Origin: a virus
Lineage: Duplodnaviria; Caudoviricetes
Virus record (IMG/VR): IMGVR_UViG_3300044652_000002
Location: 1-43,984 of that record
Strand: one strand, 5' to 3'
DNA: 43,984 nucleotides
Each line of letters starts with the position of its first letter. Positions within the stretch are counted from its first letter, which is position 1. Both the position numbers and the translations under genes were made by a program. This document shows positions 1 through 6,819 of the stretch, one piece after another. The notes under the pieces are model-generated. The model was not told the DNA's origin. It saw only the letters and a list, made by a program, of their open reading frames with translations, and did not search any database.

Positions 1-126
1 GTATCTGGTTCATTTCTCCCCCAAAAGAGCTTTCGCGGCTTCCTTAGTCTTGAAGTGCTCCTCGCGCGTCGTCATAGTCGATGCCATGCGGATGACGCGC
101 TCTGCTTCCTGCTCTAGTGCAGCGTT
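1..126. repeat. 126-bp exact repeat of 43650-43775 (shared left flank of the allelic module swap; circular junction)
   Basis: Base-by-base identity from GTATCTGGTT to GCAGCGTT; the copies diverge at 127 versus 43776. Confidence 0.97.
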
Positions 127-888
127 CACGACGGCAGGAGCGAGATAAAGCGGCTCCTGCTCCTCGCTCGCGTCGAGGTCGTTCCACGGCGTATCGGAGT
201 AGTGCCACTGCTTGCCCTTCTTCCGCTTCCAGCGCCATGCGACCGGAGCGCCCTGCGGCAGCTTCGCCTTGAGCGCCGCCATCAGGTCAACGGATGTTCC
301 TGCGTCAGGCAGCGCAGGACGGCGCGCCGCGTCCACGCAGGGCTTGCAGATGTAGATGTCGGGAAGCTCGCCGTGGGTGATCGACCATTGCTCGCGTGGG
401 CGCTGGTGTCCGCAGAGCAGGCACGAAGGGCAGAGCATCGAACCCTTCGCGTGCCGATCCCAAAAGTCCTTGTAGGTGCGGGCGGCTTGCTCCTCCCCGG
501 TGCTAGGCAGAGCAGCACCCGCAGGCCGGTCGGTTCCCTGAGTCCCGTCCTGAACCCTATCCGGTTGCCCGGTCAGAGGGGAAGCCTGCGGGGCTACATT
601 CAATAGCTCGGCGGCGAATCGCTTGGCCCAAAGGATGCCTTGCCGTGCCTCGCCATCGGGGATCGCGCAACCGAGCACTTCACGCGCTAGGCGTAGCGTT
701 TCCTCGCGCTTCCTGCCGTAGAGCGAAGGCTGCGGCGGTTCGGCGTCCACGATGGATGTTCCGGCAGAGGGCAACGCAAGCTCCATGATCTCGCGCTCGG
801 CAAGATCGGCGTCCACCGGGAAATCGCTGTAGCGGACAGCCTGAAGCAAATCCTTCAAGCGTTGCCGCTTATCGGAACATCCATTCAT
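10..888 (-). CDS. Multi-module mosaic protein (Ea22/DUF551-like style), including a Cys4 Zn-finger module and a PVAW...PLY module
   Basis: ATG at 888 overlaps the upstream TGA (ATGA); modules are joined by recurring ALPxAGTS/ALPSTGEEQ linkers. Confidence 0.8.
   Translation of the reverse strand: MNGCSDKRQRLKDLLQAVRYSDFPVDADLAEREIMELALPSAGTSIVDAEPPQPSLYGRKREETLRLAREVLGCAIPDGEARQGILWAKRFAAELLNVAPQASPLTGQPDRVQDGTQGTDRPAGAALPSTGEEQAARTYKDFWDRHAKGSMLCPSCLLCGHQRPREQWSITHGELPDIYICKPCVDAARRPALPDAGTSVDLMAALKAKLPQGAPVAWRWKRKKGKQWHYSDTPWNDLDASEEQEPLYLAPAVVNAALEQEAERVIRMASTMTTREEHFKTKEAAKALLGEK
292..347. repeat. 56-bp exact repeat of 43929-43984 (shared right flank of the allelic module swap)
   Basis: GGATGTTCCTGCGTCAGGC...GGCTTGC is identical up to the last base of the window. 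Confidence 0.97.
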
Positions 889-1605
889 GCGGGCTCTCCG
901 TCGTAGCACATGCAGTCAATGTCGATGGCCTGCTCGGGGAACAGCTTGGCTTGCCGGTCGTCGGCGTCGTACAGAGCGCCCCATGAGAAGTAGCGTCCGA
1001 GTCCCTTGATCTGCGTCAGGTCCGCGTTCTGCTCCATCGCCACGGCACGCGCGGCGAGATCCGGGTAACATGCGCCGGAGCTCGAAAATCTCCTGCTTCT
1101 TGGACGACGGGCAGAAGAAGCAGGCCGACTTGCCGGGGCTCTTAAGTCCTGCCCTCGCGATAGCCTGTTCGCATTCGGCGCGTCCCCACTCCCATTCGAG
1201 GAGCGGGTAGCGGTATCCCTCGTTGTTCTTGGCGCGGTGCGGCTCGTCTGCGTCGATCCCGACCAGCATCGTGTGCTCGATGCCTTTCAGACGGTCCTGG
1301 ATCGGCTTCACCTTCCATTCGACGGAGCAGGACTTGAAGCCGTAGGCGATGCCGGGGAGGCGCTTGTAGTGCAGGCAATCGGCCTCCAGCGTCGGCTGCT
1401 TGCGGCTCTTGTTGCTCACGACTTCAGGCACCGGCAGACCCCTGCTGGAGCACCAGAACGAGAAGCTCGAAAGGAAGTCGTAGGTGTGCGGCTTCTCGCC
1501 CCCTGTGTCTGCGAACAGGATCAGGTCAACGGGCTCGCCACGCTCCCACAGGCCGATGACCATCGCCGCCGAGTTCACGCCGCCGCCGAAGGAAGCCACG
1601 ATCAT
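885..1605 (-). pseudogene. PAPS-reductase family (PP-loop) protein with a +1 frameshift at ~1067 (real or sequence error)
   Basis: SFGGGVNS, FADTGGE, GIDADE and KSACFFCP motifs; removing one A at 1067/1068 gives MYPDLAARAVAMEQNA...IDCMCYDGEPA* ending at 885 with an ATGA overlap. Confidence 0.8.
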
Positions 1606-1835
1606 TTGGCGGGAATGTCCTGTCGGTGAACATCCATCACGGAGCTAGTGCCAGCCTCTTTGTGTGCATTCACGACTGCCTCCAACGCTGTCTCGCCTTC
1701 GCCGTAATGGAATTTGCTGTCCCGCCAAACACGCGCCCACCACCGTTGGTTCTTCGGTTTGGTGTGATCTACCTCCACGTTGGAGCACCCGGCTGTTAGC
1801 TCGGCCGCTTGCTCGGGGGTCACGGAATTACGCAC
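1602..1835 (-). CDS. hypothetical protein (77 aa)
   Basis: ORF coupled to its neighbours; ends inside the 1610 site. Confidence 0.7.
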   Translation of the reverse strand: MRNSVTPEQAAELTAGCSNVEVDHTKPKNQRWWARVWRDSKFHYGEGETALEAVVNAHKEAGTSSVMDVHRQDIPAK

Positions 1836-2208
1836 GGGCGACTAACCTGCCAGTGCGAATGTCATTGACGACCGGCGTTTCCGGGATCGGCATGTAATGG
1901 GAGACGTAGCCGTAGCTCCAACCGTTGGAGCCACCACCCTTGTATTCGTCGATTACGACCTCGCCGCTGCCAGTGATGATGAGATAGCGCCCCGGCTTCT
2001 CGGGAGCGTTGCCTTCGATCCATCCGTTCTTTTCCATTGGTTCTTGCTCCTTTCTCTCCGAGGAAACGGAAAGCCCCTTGATGGCGAGGTCGAGCAGCCG
2101 TTCCCATTCGTCTGGAAAGACGAAGTTGCGGGACTCGTACTGCTTCTTCCACCGCTCGTACTTCGCGGCTTCCTCTCCGTCGTGGCGCGATGAACATCCT
2201 TGCGTCAT
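1828..2208 (-). CDS. Two-module protein with a C-terminal DUF551-like domain
   Basis: GWI...P...G.YL...W...VSHYMPIPE.P signature; ATGA overlap at 2208; the 2045 site joins the modules and carries an SD plus a downstream ATG. Confidence 0.75.
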   Translation of the reverse strand: MTQGCSSRHDGEEAAKYERWKKQYESRNFVFPDEWERLLDLAIKGLSVSSERKEQEPMEKNGWIEGNAPEKPGRYLIITGSGEVVIDEYKGGGSNGWSYGYVSHYMPIPETPVVNDIRTGRLVARA

Positions 2209-2714
2209 TGGACGAACTTCCATTGGGCGTTCCTCCACACGGTGTAGATTTGGCGATCAGAGCAGCCGTAGATCCCGGCCAGCTCTTGAGCGGTCTTGCT
2301 GCCCTTCAGGGCGCGTATCTCGCGCACCTTGGCTACCGAAAGCTTCTGCTGCTTCACCCTGCGGCCCTTAACGTGCATGTCGATCATGTTGTCCTGGTGC
2401 GTCCCGATGAATAGGTGCTTGGGGTTCACGCAGGGCTGGTTGTCGCAGCGATGAAGGACGTGCATTCCGGTCGGGATGGGGCCATTGGCAAGCGCCCATG
2501 AATAGCGGTGCGCGTTGTAGTGCTTCTCCTTCCAGACGAAATGGCCGTAGCCCATCGGCTTGCGGGCAGCCGTCCAAGGCCAGCAGGCGTCAGGGCCACC
2601 GGACTTGTCCACGCGCATCCAGAACATCTGCTCGGCCGTAACGCCGCACTTCTGGCCGTGCTTTCCCACGGTTCCCCGGAAGGTCTGGCCGCACTTAGGA
2701 CAGGTGGCGCTCAT
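2205..2714 (-). CDS. HNH homing endonuclease with a C-terminal HTH
   Basis: CWPW..GYG..AHRYSW..VLHRCDNQPCVNPKHLFIGTHQDN. Confidence 0.92.
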   Translation of the reverse strand: MSATCPKCGQTFRGTVGKHGQKCGVTAEQMFWMRVDKSGGPDACWPWTAARKPMGYGHFVWKEKHYNAHRYSWALANGPIPTGMHVLHRCDNQPCVNPKHLFIGTHQDNMIDMHVKGRRVKQQKLSVAKVREIRALKGSKTAQELAGIYGCSDRQIYTVWRNAQWKFVQ

Positions 2715-2742
2715 GCTGCGTTGCCGTAGCTGTCGCGACGGA

Positions 2743-2916
2743 TCACAGCTCGAAGCGCTCGTAATAGTCCGGCTCCCGGTATTCGTCCGGGTCGTAGCAG
2801 CTACCTTCCTCGGCCTTCTTGTTGAGGATGTGCGCCTGGGGGTGGTCGCAATGCACCTTGCAGCCCCAGCAGATGCCGTAGCCTTTCGGGCAGTTCAGCG
2901 GCGTGTTGTCAGCCAT
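2743..2916 (-). CDS. small Cys-rich hypothetical protein (57 aa, MADNTPLNCPKGYGICWGCKVHC...)
   Basis: Read by hand; AGGAG SD inside the 2921 site. Confidence 0.65.
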   Translation of the reverse strand: MADNTPLNCPKGYGICWGCKVHCDHPQAHILNKKAEEGSCYDPDEYREPDYYERFEL

Positions 2917-2943
2917 GTCTTGCTCCTATTCCGAAGGAACGAT

Positions 2944-3223
2944 TCACCGAAGTTCCGCCGCTCCGGCTTCCATGAGGGCCAAGCGATGCTCGAACGGCTC
3001 GCGCTCCTCTTTCTTGGCGCACTTGTCGCCACGCTTGGTAGCGCATTCCGCGCAGGCGAACCGCGAAGTAAACGGTGGAGAACTCGTTGAGTCGGCGGTG
3101 GCCGCAGCAGTTGCTTGGGCGCTTATTCCGGTTCGCCCCGCTGTATCTGTAGAGCCGACCTTCGCCAGCCTCCACGTCCTTGCCGCAATCGCAGCAGAAC
3201 GACTTGTAGCGGTTCGCGCTCAC
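2944..3223 (-). pseudogene. Zn-finger protein with a +1 frameshift at ~3055 (real or sequence error)
   Basis: N-terminal CCDCGK; removing one G at 3055/3056 restores VRCAEC...AAELR*. Confidence 0.65.
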
Positions 3224-3369
3224 GCGATTTCCTTCGCGGACTTGCGGCACAGTTCCGCCGCCTTGAGCGCCGCCTGTTCGTTGCGCTTGTCGCCCACTGC
3301 CGCGTATGCCTTGGCGACTTTCTCGTGGTGCTTGGCGGTGGCTTCGTACTGCTCTTTGGTCGGTTTCAT
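3220..3369 (-). CDS. hypothetical protein (49 aa, MKPTKEQYEATAK...)
   Basis: GGAGG SD; GTGA overlap with the next gene. Confidence 0.7.
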   Translation of the reverse strand: MKPTKEQYEATAKHHEKVAKAYAAVGDKRNEQAALKAAELCRKSAKEIA

Positions 3370-3396
3370 CTGCGCCTCCGTATTAAGTGTGTAGAC

Positions 3397-3448
3397 ATTA
3401 AATCATGTCCAAGGAGGGATTGCAAGTCTTTTTTGTGTACCCCATAAT
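3397..3448. promoter_or_regulatory. Divergent sigma70 promoters sharing one palindromic -35 (TTGCAA 3420-3425)
   Basis: Plus strand: TTGCAA-17-CATAAT(3443-3448); minus strand: TTGCAA-17-TTTAAT(3402-3397). Confidence 0.7.
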
Positions 3449-3455
3449 TACGGCC

Positions 3456-3623
3456 ATGACACCTAAGAAACGGGGCAGGCCACCCCTACCGGCCAAGGAA
3501 CGGAGCACCAAACAGGTGCATTTCCGCTGCACCGCAGCAGAAAAGGCGGAATACAAGCGGAAGGCCAAGGCAGCAGAGAAGGGGCTTTCCGACTGGCTGA
3601 AGGACTTGGCCGACAAAGGCTGA
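3456..3623 (+). CDS. Small ribbon-helix-helix regulator with an AT-hook-like KRGRPP (probably leaderless)
   Basis: KKRGRPP...VHFRCTAAEK...A...GLSDWL; ATG 7 nt after the -10. Confidence 0.75.
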   Translation: MTPKKRGRPPLPAKERSTKQVHFRCTAAEKAEYKRKAKAAEKGLSDWLKDLADKG

Positions 3624-3729
3624 TCCGCTTCGTTGGCGTAAACATCCATTAGGGCCGGAGCCCCCGGCATAGCTTTGAGGCCGCCACAGCCCGATCTCGC
3701 GATCTGCTCACCGAGGGCTCCGAAAGTCA

Positions 3730-3990
3730 TCAGAAGGGAATGTCCGCGTCGTCTTGCTTGGCGGCCTTCTCTTCCTTCTTGAAGTTGGAAACTGAGGCGT
3801 ACCACTTCCCGCCCTTGGATTCCTTCACGTCGATGTTTACCCACTGCTCTCCGGCTTTGTATTTCTCGCGAAGCCACTTACCGAGGTCTTCGACCTTGAT
3901 GGCGATCCTGGCCTTTACGAAGTCGGGAGCCTTTTCGTGCGGAGCTGCGACCAAGAGGCCGTCAACGAACTCGATTTCTTTCTTTTCCAT
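3730..3990 (-). CDS. Single-stranded DNA-binding-like protein
   Basis: Acidic DDADIPF C-terminus; directly follows erf. Confidence 0.7.
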   Translation of the reverse strand: MEKKEIEFVDGLLVAAPHEKAPDFVKARIAIKVEDLGKWLREKYKAGEQWVNIDVKESKGGKWYASVSNFKKEEKAAKQDDADIPF

Positions 3991-4644
3991 CTATGCCGCC
4001 TTCTTCGGTTTGGAATCGGTGTGCATCGCCTTGAGCCTGTTTCTGATCTTCGAGTGGGGCTGAAGGACTTCCCAAATCCCGAGGAGCATTTCGTTTTCGT
4101 AGCCGGCGTTGTAGTAAGCCTCATAAGCGGCGATCTCCTTGCCCTCTCCCCACAGGTCAACGATGGTGTTGGCGACCTTCTTTGCTTTCTCTTGATCCTG
4201 CGGAGAGAGGGCTTTGAGGGAACCTGCTACCGGAGTGATCCTTGACTGCTCGCCACTGGCTACAGCGGCGTTGCCGTCGTCATCTTCTGCTGGGAGACCG
4301 CAAATCGCCTGGAGGCCGTAGCGCCGGCCGTAGGTGATCGCTGAGCCGTATCCTTGGGCATCTTCCTTCGTGGCCGGGATTCGTAGCGTCGAGCTGATCC
4401 ACTCGCCGGAGGAATGGAGAAGCATCGTTTCAATGGCGACTCCGTTCTCGGCGTCGTGAACTCCCTGAGCGAAGATGATCTCCTGCTCGAGGAGCGCAGG
4501 CTTGACGGCCTCGACCACGGACGCAAGATCCGCGTACTTCGACTTGAAGTAAGGATTAGAAGCGTCCTTCTTTACTGCGGTGATCTTGGAATGCGCCTTG
4601 ACCAGCGCAGCGGAAATCTTGGCGATGCTTTCGGACTTGTTCAG
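3991..4644 (-). CDS. erf: ERF-family single-strand annealing recombinase (CTG start)
   Basis: NPYFKSKYADL and GSAITYGRRYGL...DDDGN motifs; the frame is open to CTG 4644 with an AGGAG SD and a CTGA overlap. Confidence 0.9.
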   Translation of the reverse strand: MNKSESIAKISAALVKAHSKITAVKKDASNPYFKSKYADLASVVEAVKPALLEQEIIFAQGVHDAENGVAIETMLLHSSGEWISSTLRIPATKEDAQGYGSAITYGRRYGLQAICGLPAEDDDGNAAVASGEQSRITPVAGSLKALSPQDQEKAKKVANTIVDLWGEGKEIAAYEAYYNAGYENEMLLGIWEVLQPHSKIRNRLKAMHTDSKPKKAA

Positions 4645-4802
4645 GCGACTCTCCTAATGATTCGATCCAGTTTCTTGTCCTGTAGCTCTTGCTCTTTCTT
4701 CGGAAGCCAGCCGTGCTTTCTCCACGTTTCCTGAACGTCGGTTGACGTGGAGGGCGTGTAGCGGAAGTCCCTTTCGAGAATCGACTTGAGGGGCTTGGTC
4801 AT
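4641..4802 (-). CDS. small phage protein (53 aa, SILERDFRYTPSTSTDVQETW)
   Basis: Read by hand; overlaps the flanking start and stop codons. Confidence 0.7.
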   Translation of the reverse strand: MTKPLKSILERDFRYTPSTSTDVQETWRKHGWLPKKEQELQDKKLDRIIRRVA

Positions 4803-4885
4803 CGGTACAAAACGGCGAAGAAGAAAGACTTCACCCGGCCGAAGCCGTTGCGCCTTGCGATCTCGTATTTCTCGCGGAAGGTCAT
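4799..4885 (-). CDS. 28-aa peptide (MTFREKYEIARRNGFGRVKSFFFAVLYR)
   Basis: TGATG and ATGA coupling on both sides. Confidence 0.5.
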   Translation of the reverse strand: MTFREKYEIARRNGFGRVKSFFFAVLYR

Positions 4886-5037
4886 CAGCGGAAAAGCGGC
4901 TCGAGAACGATCAGGCAGATAACGAGGATCAACAGGACTTTGCCCGCGTCGTCCTCGGAGATCAGTTGGAAGTCGTCAATGACGCCATGCTTCAGGTCGT
5001 CTATGGCGGTAACGATTCTGGATTGGTAGAGGTCCAT
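4885..5037 (-). CDS. small membrane protein (50 aa)
   Basis: TAATG coupling; hydrophobic C-terminus. Confidence 0.6.
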   Translation of the reverse strand: MDLYQSRIVTAIDDLKHGVIDDFQLISEDDAGKVLLILVICLIVLEPLFR

Positions 5038-5405
5038 TAGCCCTCCCAGGTGTCATCGCAGTGAGCTATTTCCGCCGCTTCTTCGCGGACAGCCTCTTCC
5101 CCTATCCCATCCTTGAGGAAGTCGTCGATCAGTTCGTCCCGTATCGCGTCGGCAATCGCGCCGTGTTCTCCACGGTCAGCGAGTAGGAGAGAGCCGAGTT
5201 TGAGAAGCAGCGACTTGAAGGTGTCGCCGTTAAGCTTGGTGTCGAGGAGGTCAACGACGGAGCAGCCAGCGACTGTCTTACCTTCCTGAAGCTTGGACTT
5301 CAGCTCCTCGCGGGCTTGATCCATGAAAGGCTCGGGGTCTTGCCCCTGCGTGTCGTGGCGCAGCTCGTCTATCGAGACTCGGCAGGGGGTATCGAAAGCG
5401 CCCAT
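5037..5405 (-). CDS. hypothetical protein, first gene of the pL operon
   Basis: 122-aa ORF just downstream of the predicted pL. Confidence 0.75.
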   Translation of the reverse strand: MGAFDTPCRVSIDELRHDTQGQDPEPFMDQAREELKSKLQEGKTVAGCSVVDLLDTKLNGDTFKSLLLKLGSLLLADRGEHGAIADAIRDELIDDFLKDGIGEEAVREEAAEIAHCDDTWEG

Positions 5406-5410
5406 GCGTC

Positions 5411-5452
5411 TTTATCGCACATCCGATAATCCGTGTCAACGGACTTCCGATA
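5411..5452 (-). promoter_or_regulatory. pL promoter with two OL operators
   Basis: TTGACA-17-GATAAA; operators TATCGCACATCCGATA (5413-5428) and CAACGGACTTCCGATA (5437-5452); consensus palindrome TATCGGAnnTCCGATA. Confidence 0.75.
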
Positions 5453-5564
5453 AAGGGTAGGGCAAACCACCACAAAGACCGATGTGCGGCGCAGCAATTA
5501 GGGGCGGCGGAGGTGAAACATGGTCAGCGCTCGGTGGATAACTCCGAGCGTGACTTAGTGCCAG

Positions 5565-5987
5565 TTATCGCTTCGTCTTGCTTGTCTGTCGGCCTGGGCG
5601 GCCGTAGGCGCTTTCTACCTTGTCGTCTGGAACGGCTGGGCGCTCGGCCGCGCTGGTCTTGACCATCTCTACAACCATGTCATGAATCCGCTTCCTCACC
5701 TCGGGGGCGAGCTTCATGAACTCCTTGGCGTGCCTTACACCCTCCGCCGGGAGGGGAGATCCGACCTCTTCCATAGGCCCTTCTCCTTGAGCAAGCCAAA
5801 TTGCGCTTACTTGCAAGGCTTGAGCCAAGGCAACGAGATTAGTTCCCACAGGGGATTTGGATTCCCCCGTCTCGATCTCTGAGATTGCAGACTGCGGCAC
5901 CCCTGCGGCCTTCTCCAGCTCCTGCTGGGTCAAACCTCGCAACTTCCTGGCGTGCCGGAGGCGCACCCCTAATGCGTCTCGAGCCAT
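5565..5987 (-). CDS. cI: CI-like XRE/HTH repressor (no S24 peptidase domain)
   Basis: RLRHARKLRGLTQQEL..AAGVPQSAISEIETG; divergent from cro. Confidence 0.88.
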   Translation of the reverse strand: MARDALGVRLRHARKLRGLTQQELEKAAGVPQSAISEIETGESKSPVGTNLVALAQALQVSAIWLAQGEGPMEEVGSPLPAEGVRHAKEFMKLAPEVRKRIHDMVVEMVKTSAAERPAVPDDKVESAYGRPGRQTSKTKR

Positions 5988-6010
5988 GCCCAAATTGTGC
6001 CGCGCAGCGC

Positions 6011-6055
6011 TATCGGAACGGGGATATTGCATTTTTATCGGAGTTCCGGTTTAAT
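6011..6055 (+). promoter_or_regulatory. pR promoter with OR operators
   Basis: TTGCAT-17-TTTAAT; TATCGGAGTTCCGGTT (6036-6051) and TATCGGAACGGGATA (6011-6025) match the OL palindrome. Confidence 0.75.
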
Positions 6056-6065
6056 CGTAGGGAAG

Positions 6066-6263
6066 ATGACCAAGCAGGAAGCGATAGATCACTACGGGAC
6101 GCAGATGAAGTTGGCGACAGCTTTGGGCGTCCGGCAATCAACGATCTCCGAATGGGGCGAGTACCCGCCGGGGATTCGTCAGTTGCAGATTGAACGTTTG
6201 ACGCGCGGCAGGCTTCGCGCCGAGGCCGATGTTCTTTCTCCGAAGCGAAAGCGCGCCGCATGA
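6066..6263 (+). CDS. cro: Cro-like HTH protein
   Basis: MTKQEAIDHYGTQMKLATALGVRQSTISEWGEYPP..RQLQIERLT.G.L. Confidence 0.9.
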   Translation: MTKQEAIDHYGTQMKLATALGVRQSTISEWGEYPPGIRQLQIERLTRGRLRAEADVLSPKRKRAA

Positions 6264-6305
6264 CTTCGCCGCACCCAGCATCCTCCTCCCTCGTGCTGGG
6301 GCTTC

Positions 6306-6345
6306 ACCCCCGCCGGTTGTCCGTGGCCGGCGGGGTTTCTCTTTC
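6306..6345 (+). terminator. tR1-like intrinsic terminator
   Basis: CCCCGCCGG-loop-CCGGCGGGG followed by TTTCTCTTT. Confidence 0.65.
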
Positions 6346-6348
6346 CTG

Positions 6349-6555
6349 ATGCCGCACCGAGAAAAACGCAGCGCCCAGGTGCGCGCAAACATTCCTGCCA
6401 CGCTCAAGGAACAGCTTGAGCTATTCGTGGCCGAGGAAGGCAAGGTGATTTCCATGTCCGATTACCTCTTCGGGGTTTTGGAAGAGCACGTCGAGATGAA
6501 AACTGCCATGCGCATAGCAAAACAGAAACTCGGTCGTCGCGTGGGGAATCAGTAA
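6349..6555 (+). CDS. Ribbon-helix-helix regulator in the cII position
   Basis: VRANIPATLKEQLE....EEGKVISMSDYLFGVLEEHV. Confidence 0.7.
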   Translation: MPHREKRSAQVRANIPATLKEQLELFVAEEGKVISMSDYLFGVLEEHVEMKTAMRIAKQKLGRRVGNQ

Positions 6556-6561
6556 GCCCCA

Positions 6562-6610
6562 TGTGTCCCGAAAAAAAATTTTCCGCAAAAAGTGTCCCGA
6601 TGTGTCCCGA
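6562..6610. repeat. Three direct GTGTCCCGA repeats around A/T tracts
   Basis: Copies at 6563, 6592 and 6602. Confidence 0.85.
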
Positions 6611-6611
6611 C

Positions 6612-6719
6612 ATGTCTTACGAGCTGGCAAAGCAGGCGTGGATCTCGGACCACCCAGAAGCGACACCGCAGGAATACGAGAAGGCCATCCGCGAAATCGC
6701 GGAAAGGATTGGCTACTAA
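6612..6719 (+). CDS. 35-aa phage protein (MSYELAKQAWISDHPEATPQEYEKAIREIAERIGY)
   Basis: Read by hand; amphipathic helical pattern. Confidence 0.65.
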   Translation: MSYELAKQAWISDHPEATPQEYEKAIREIAERIGY

Positions 6720-6819
6720 CGGGGCAGCCTCGATCAAGGCGCTATGCCGCGTCCTGCCCCCTGGCATAGCAGCCCCGACCCAACAACAAAAAGGGCAGGG
6801 AAGGTGAACGGGCGGGTAA

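Larger units (their letters stand above)
110..3649. repeat. Array of degenerate 28-bp 11-6-11 module-boundary sites (left part)
   Basis: 110 TGCTCTAGTGC-AGCGTT-CACGACGGCAG; 290 ACGGATGTTCC-TGCGTC-AGGCAGCGCAG; 488 TGCTCCTCCCC-GGTGCT-AGGCAGAGCAG; 560 TCCGGTTGCCC-GGTCAG-AGGGGAAGCCT; 752 ATGGATGTTCC-GGCAGA-GGGCAACGCAA; 857 AAGCGTTGCCG-CTTATC-GGAACATCCAT; 1610 CGGGAATGTCC-TGTCGG-TGAACATCCAT; 1842 CTAACCTGCCA-GTGCGA-ATGTCATTGAC; 2045 TGCTCCTTTCT-CTCCGA-GGAAACGGAAA; 2174 TCTCCGTCGTG-GCGCGA-TGAACATCCTT; 2716 CTGCGTTGCCG-N7-CGCGACGGATC; 2921 TGCTCCTATTC-CGAAGG-AACGATTCACC; 3622 GATCCGCTTCG-TTGGCG-TAAACATCCAT. Confidence 0.75.

Noticed and set aside
1-347. Simple direct terminal repeat
   Set aside because: The two matching blocks flank unrelated inserts, so this is an allelic bubble or duplication rather than a plain DTR
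110-3649. Shufflon (invertible segments)
   Set aside because: Nearly all modules are co-oriented, and the observed event is a replacement rather than an inversion
5528-5550. DnaA box in the hairpin after cI
   Set aside because: A single mismatched 9-mer in a probable terminator-like hairpin is not enough evidence
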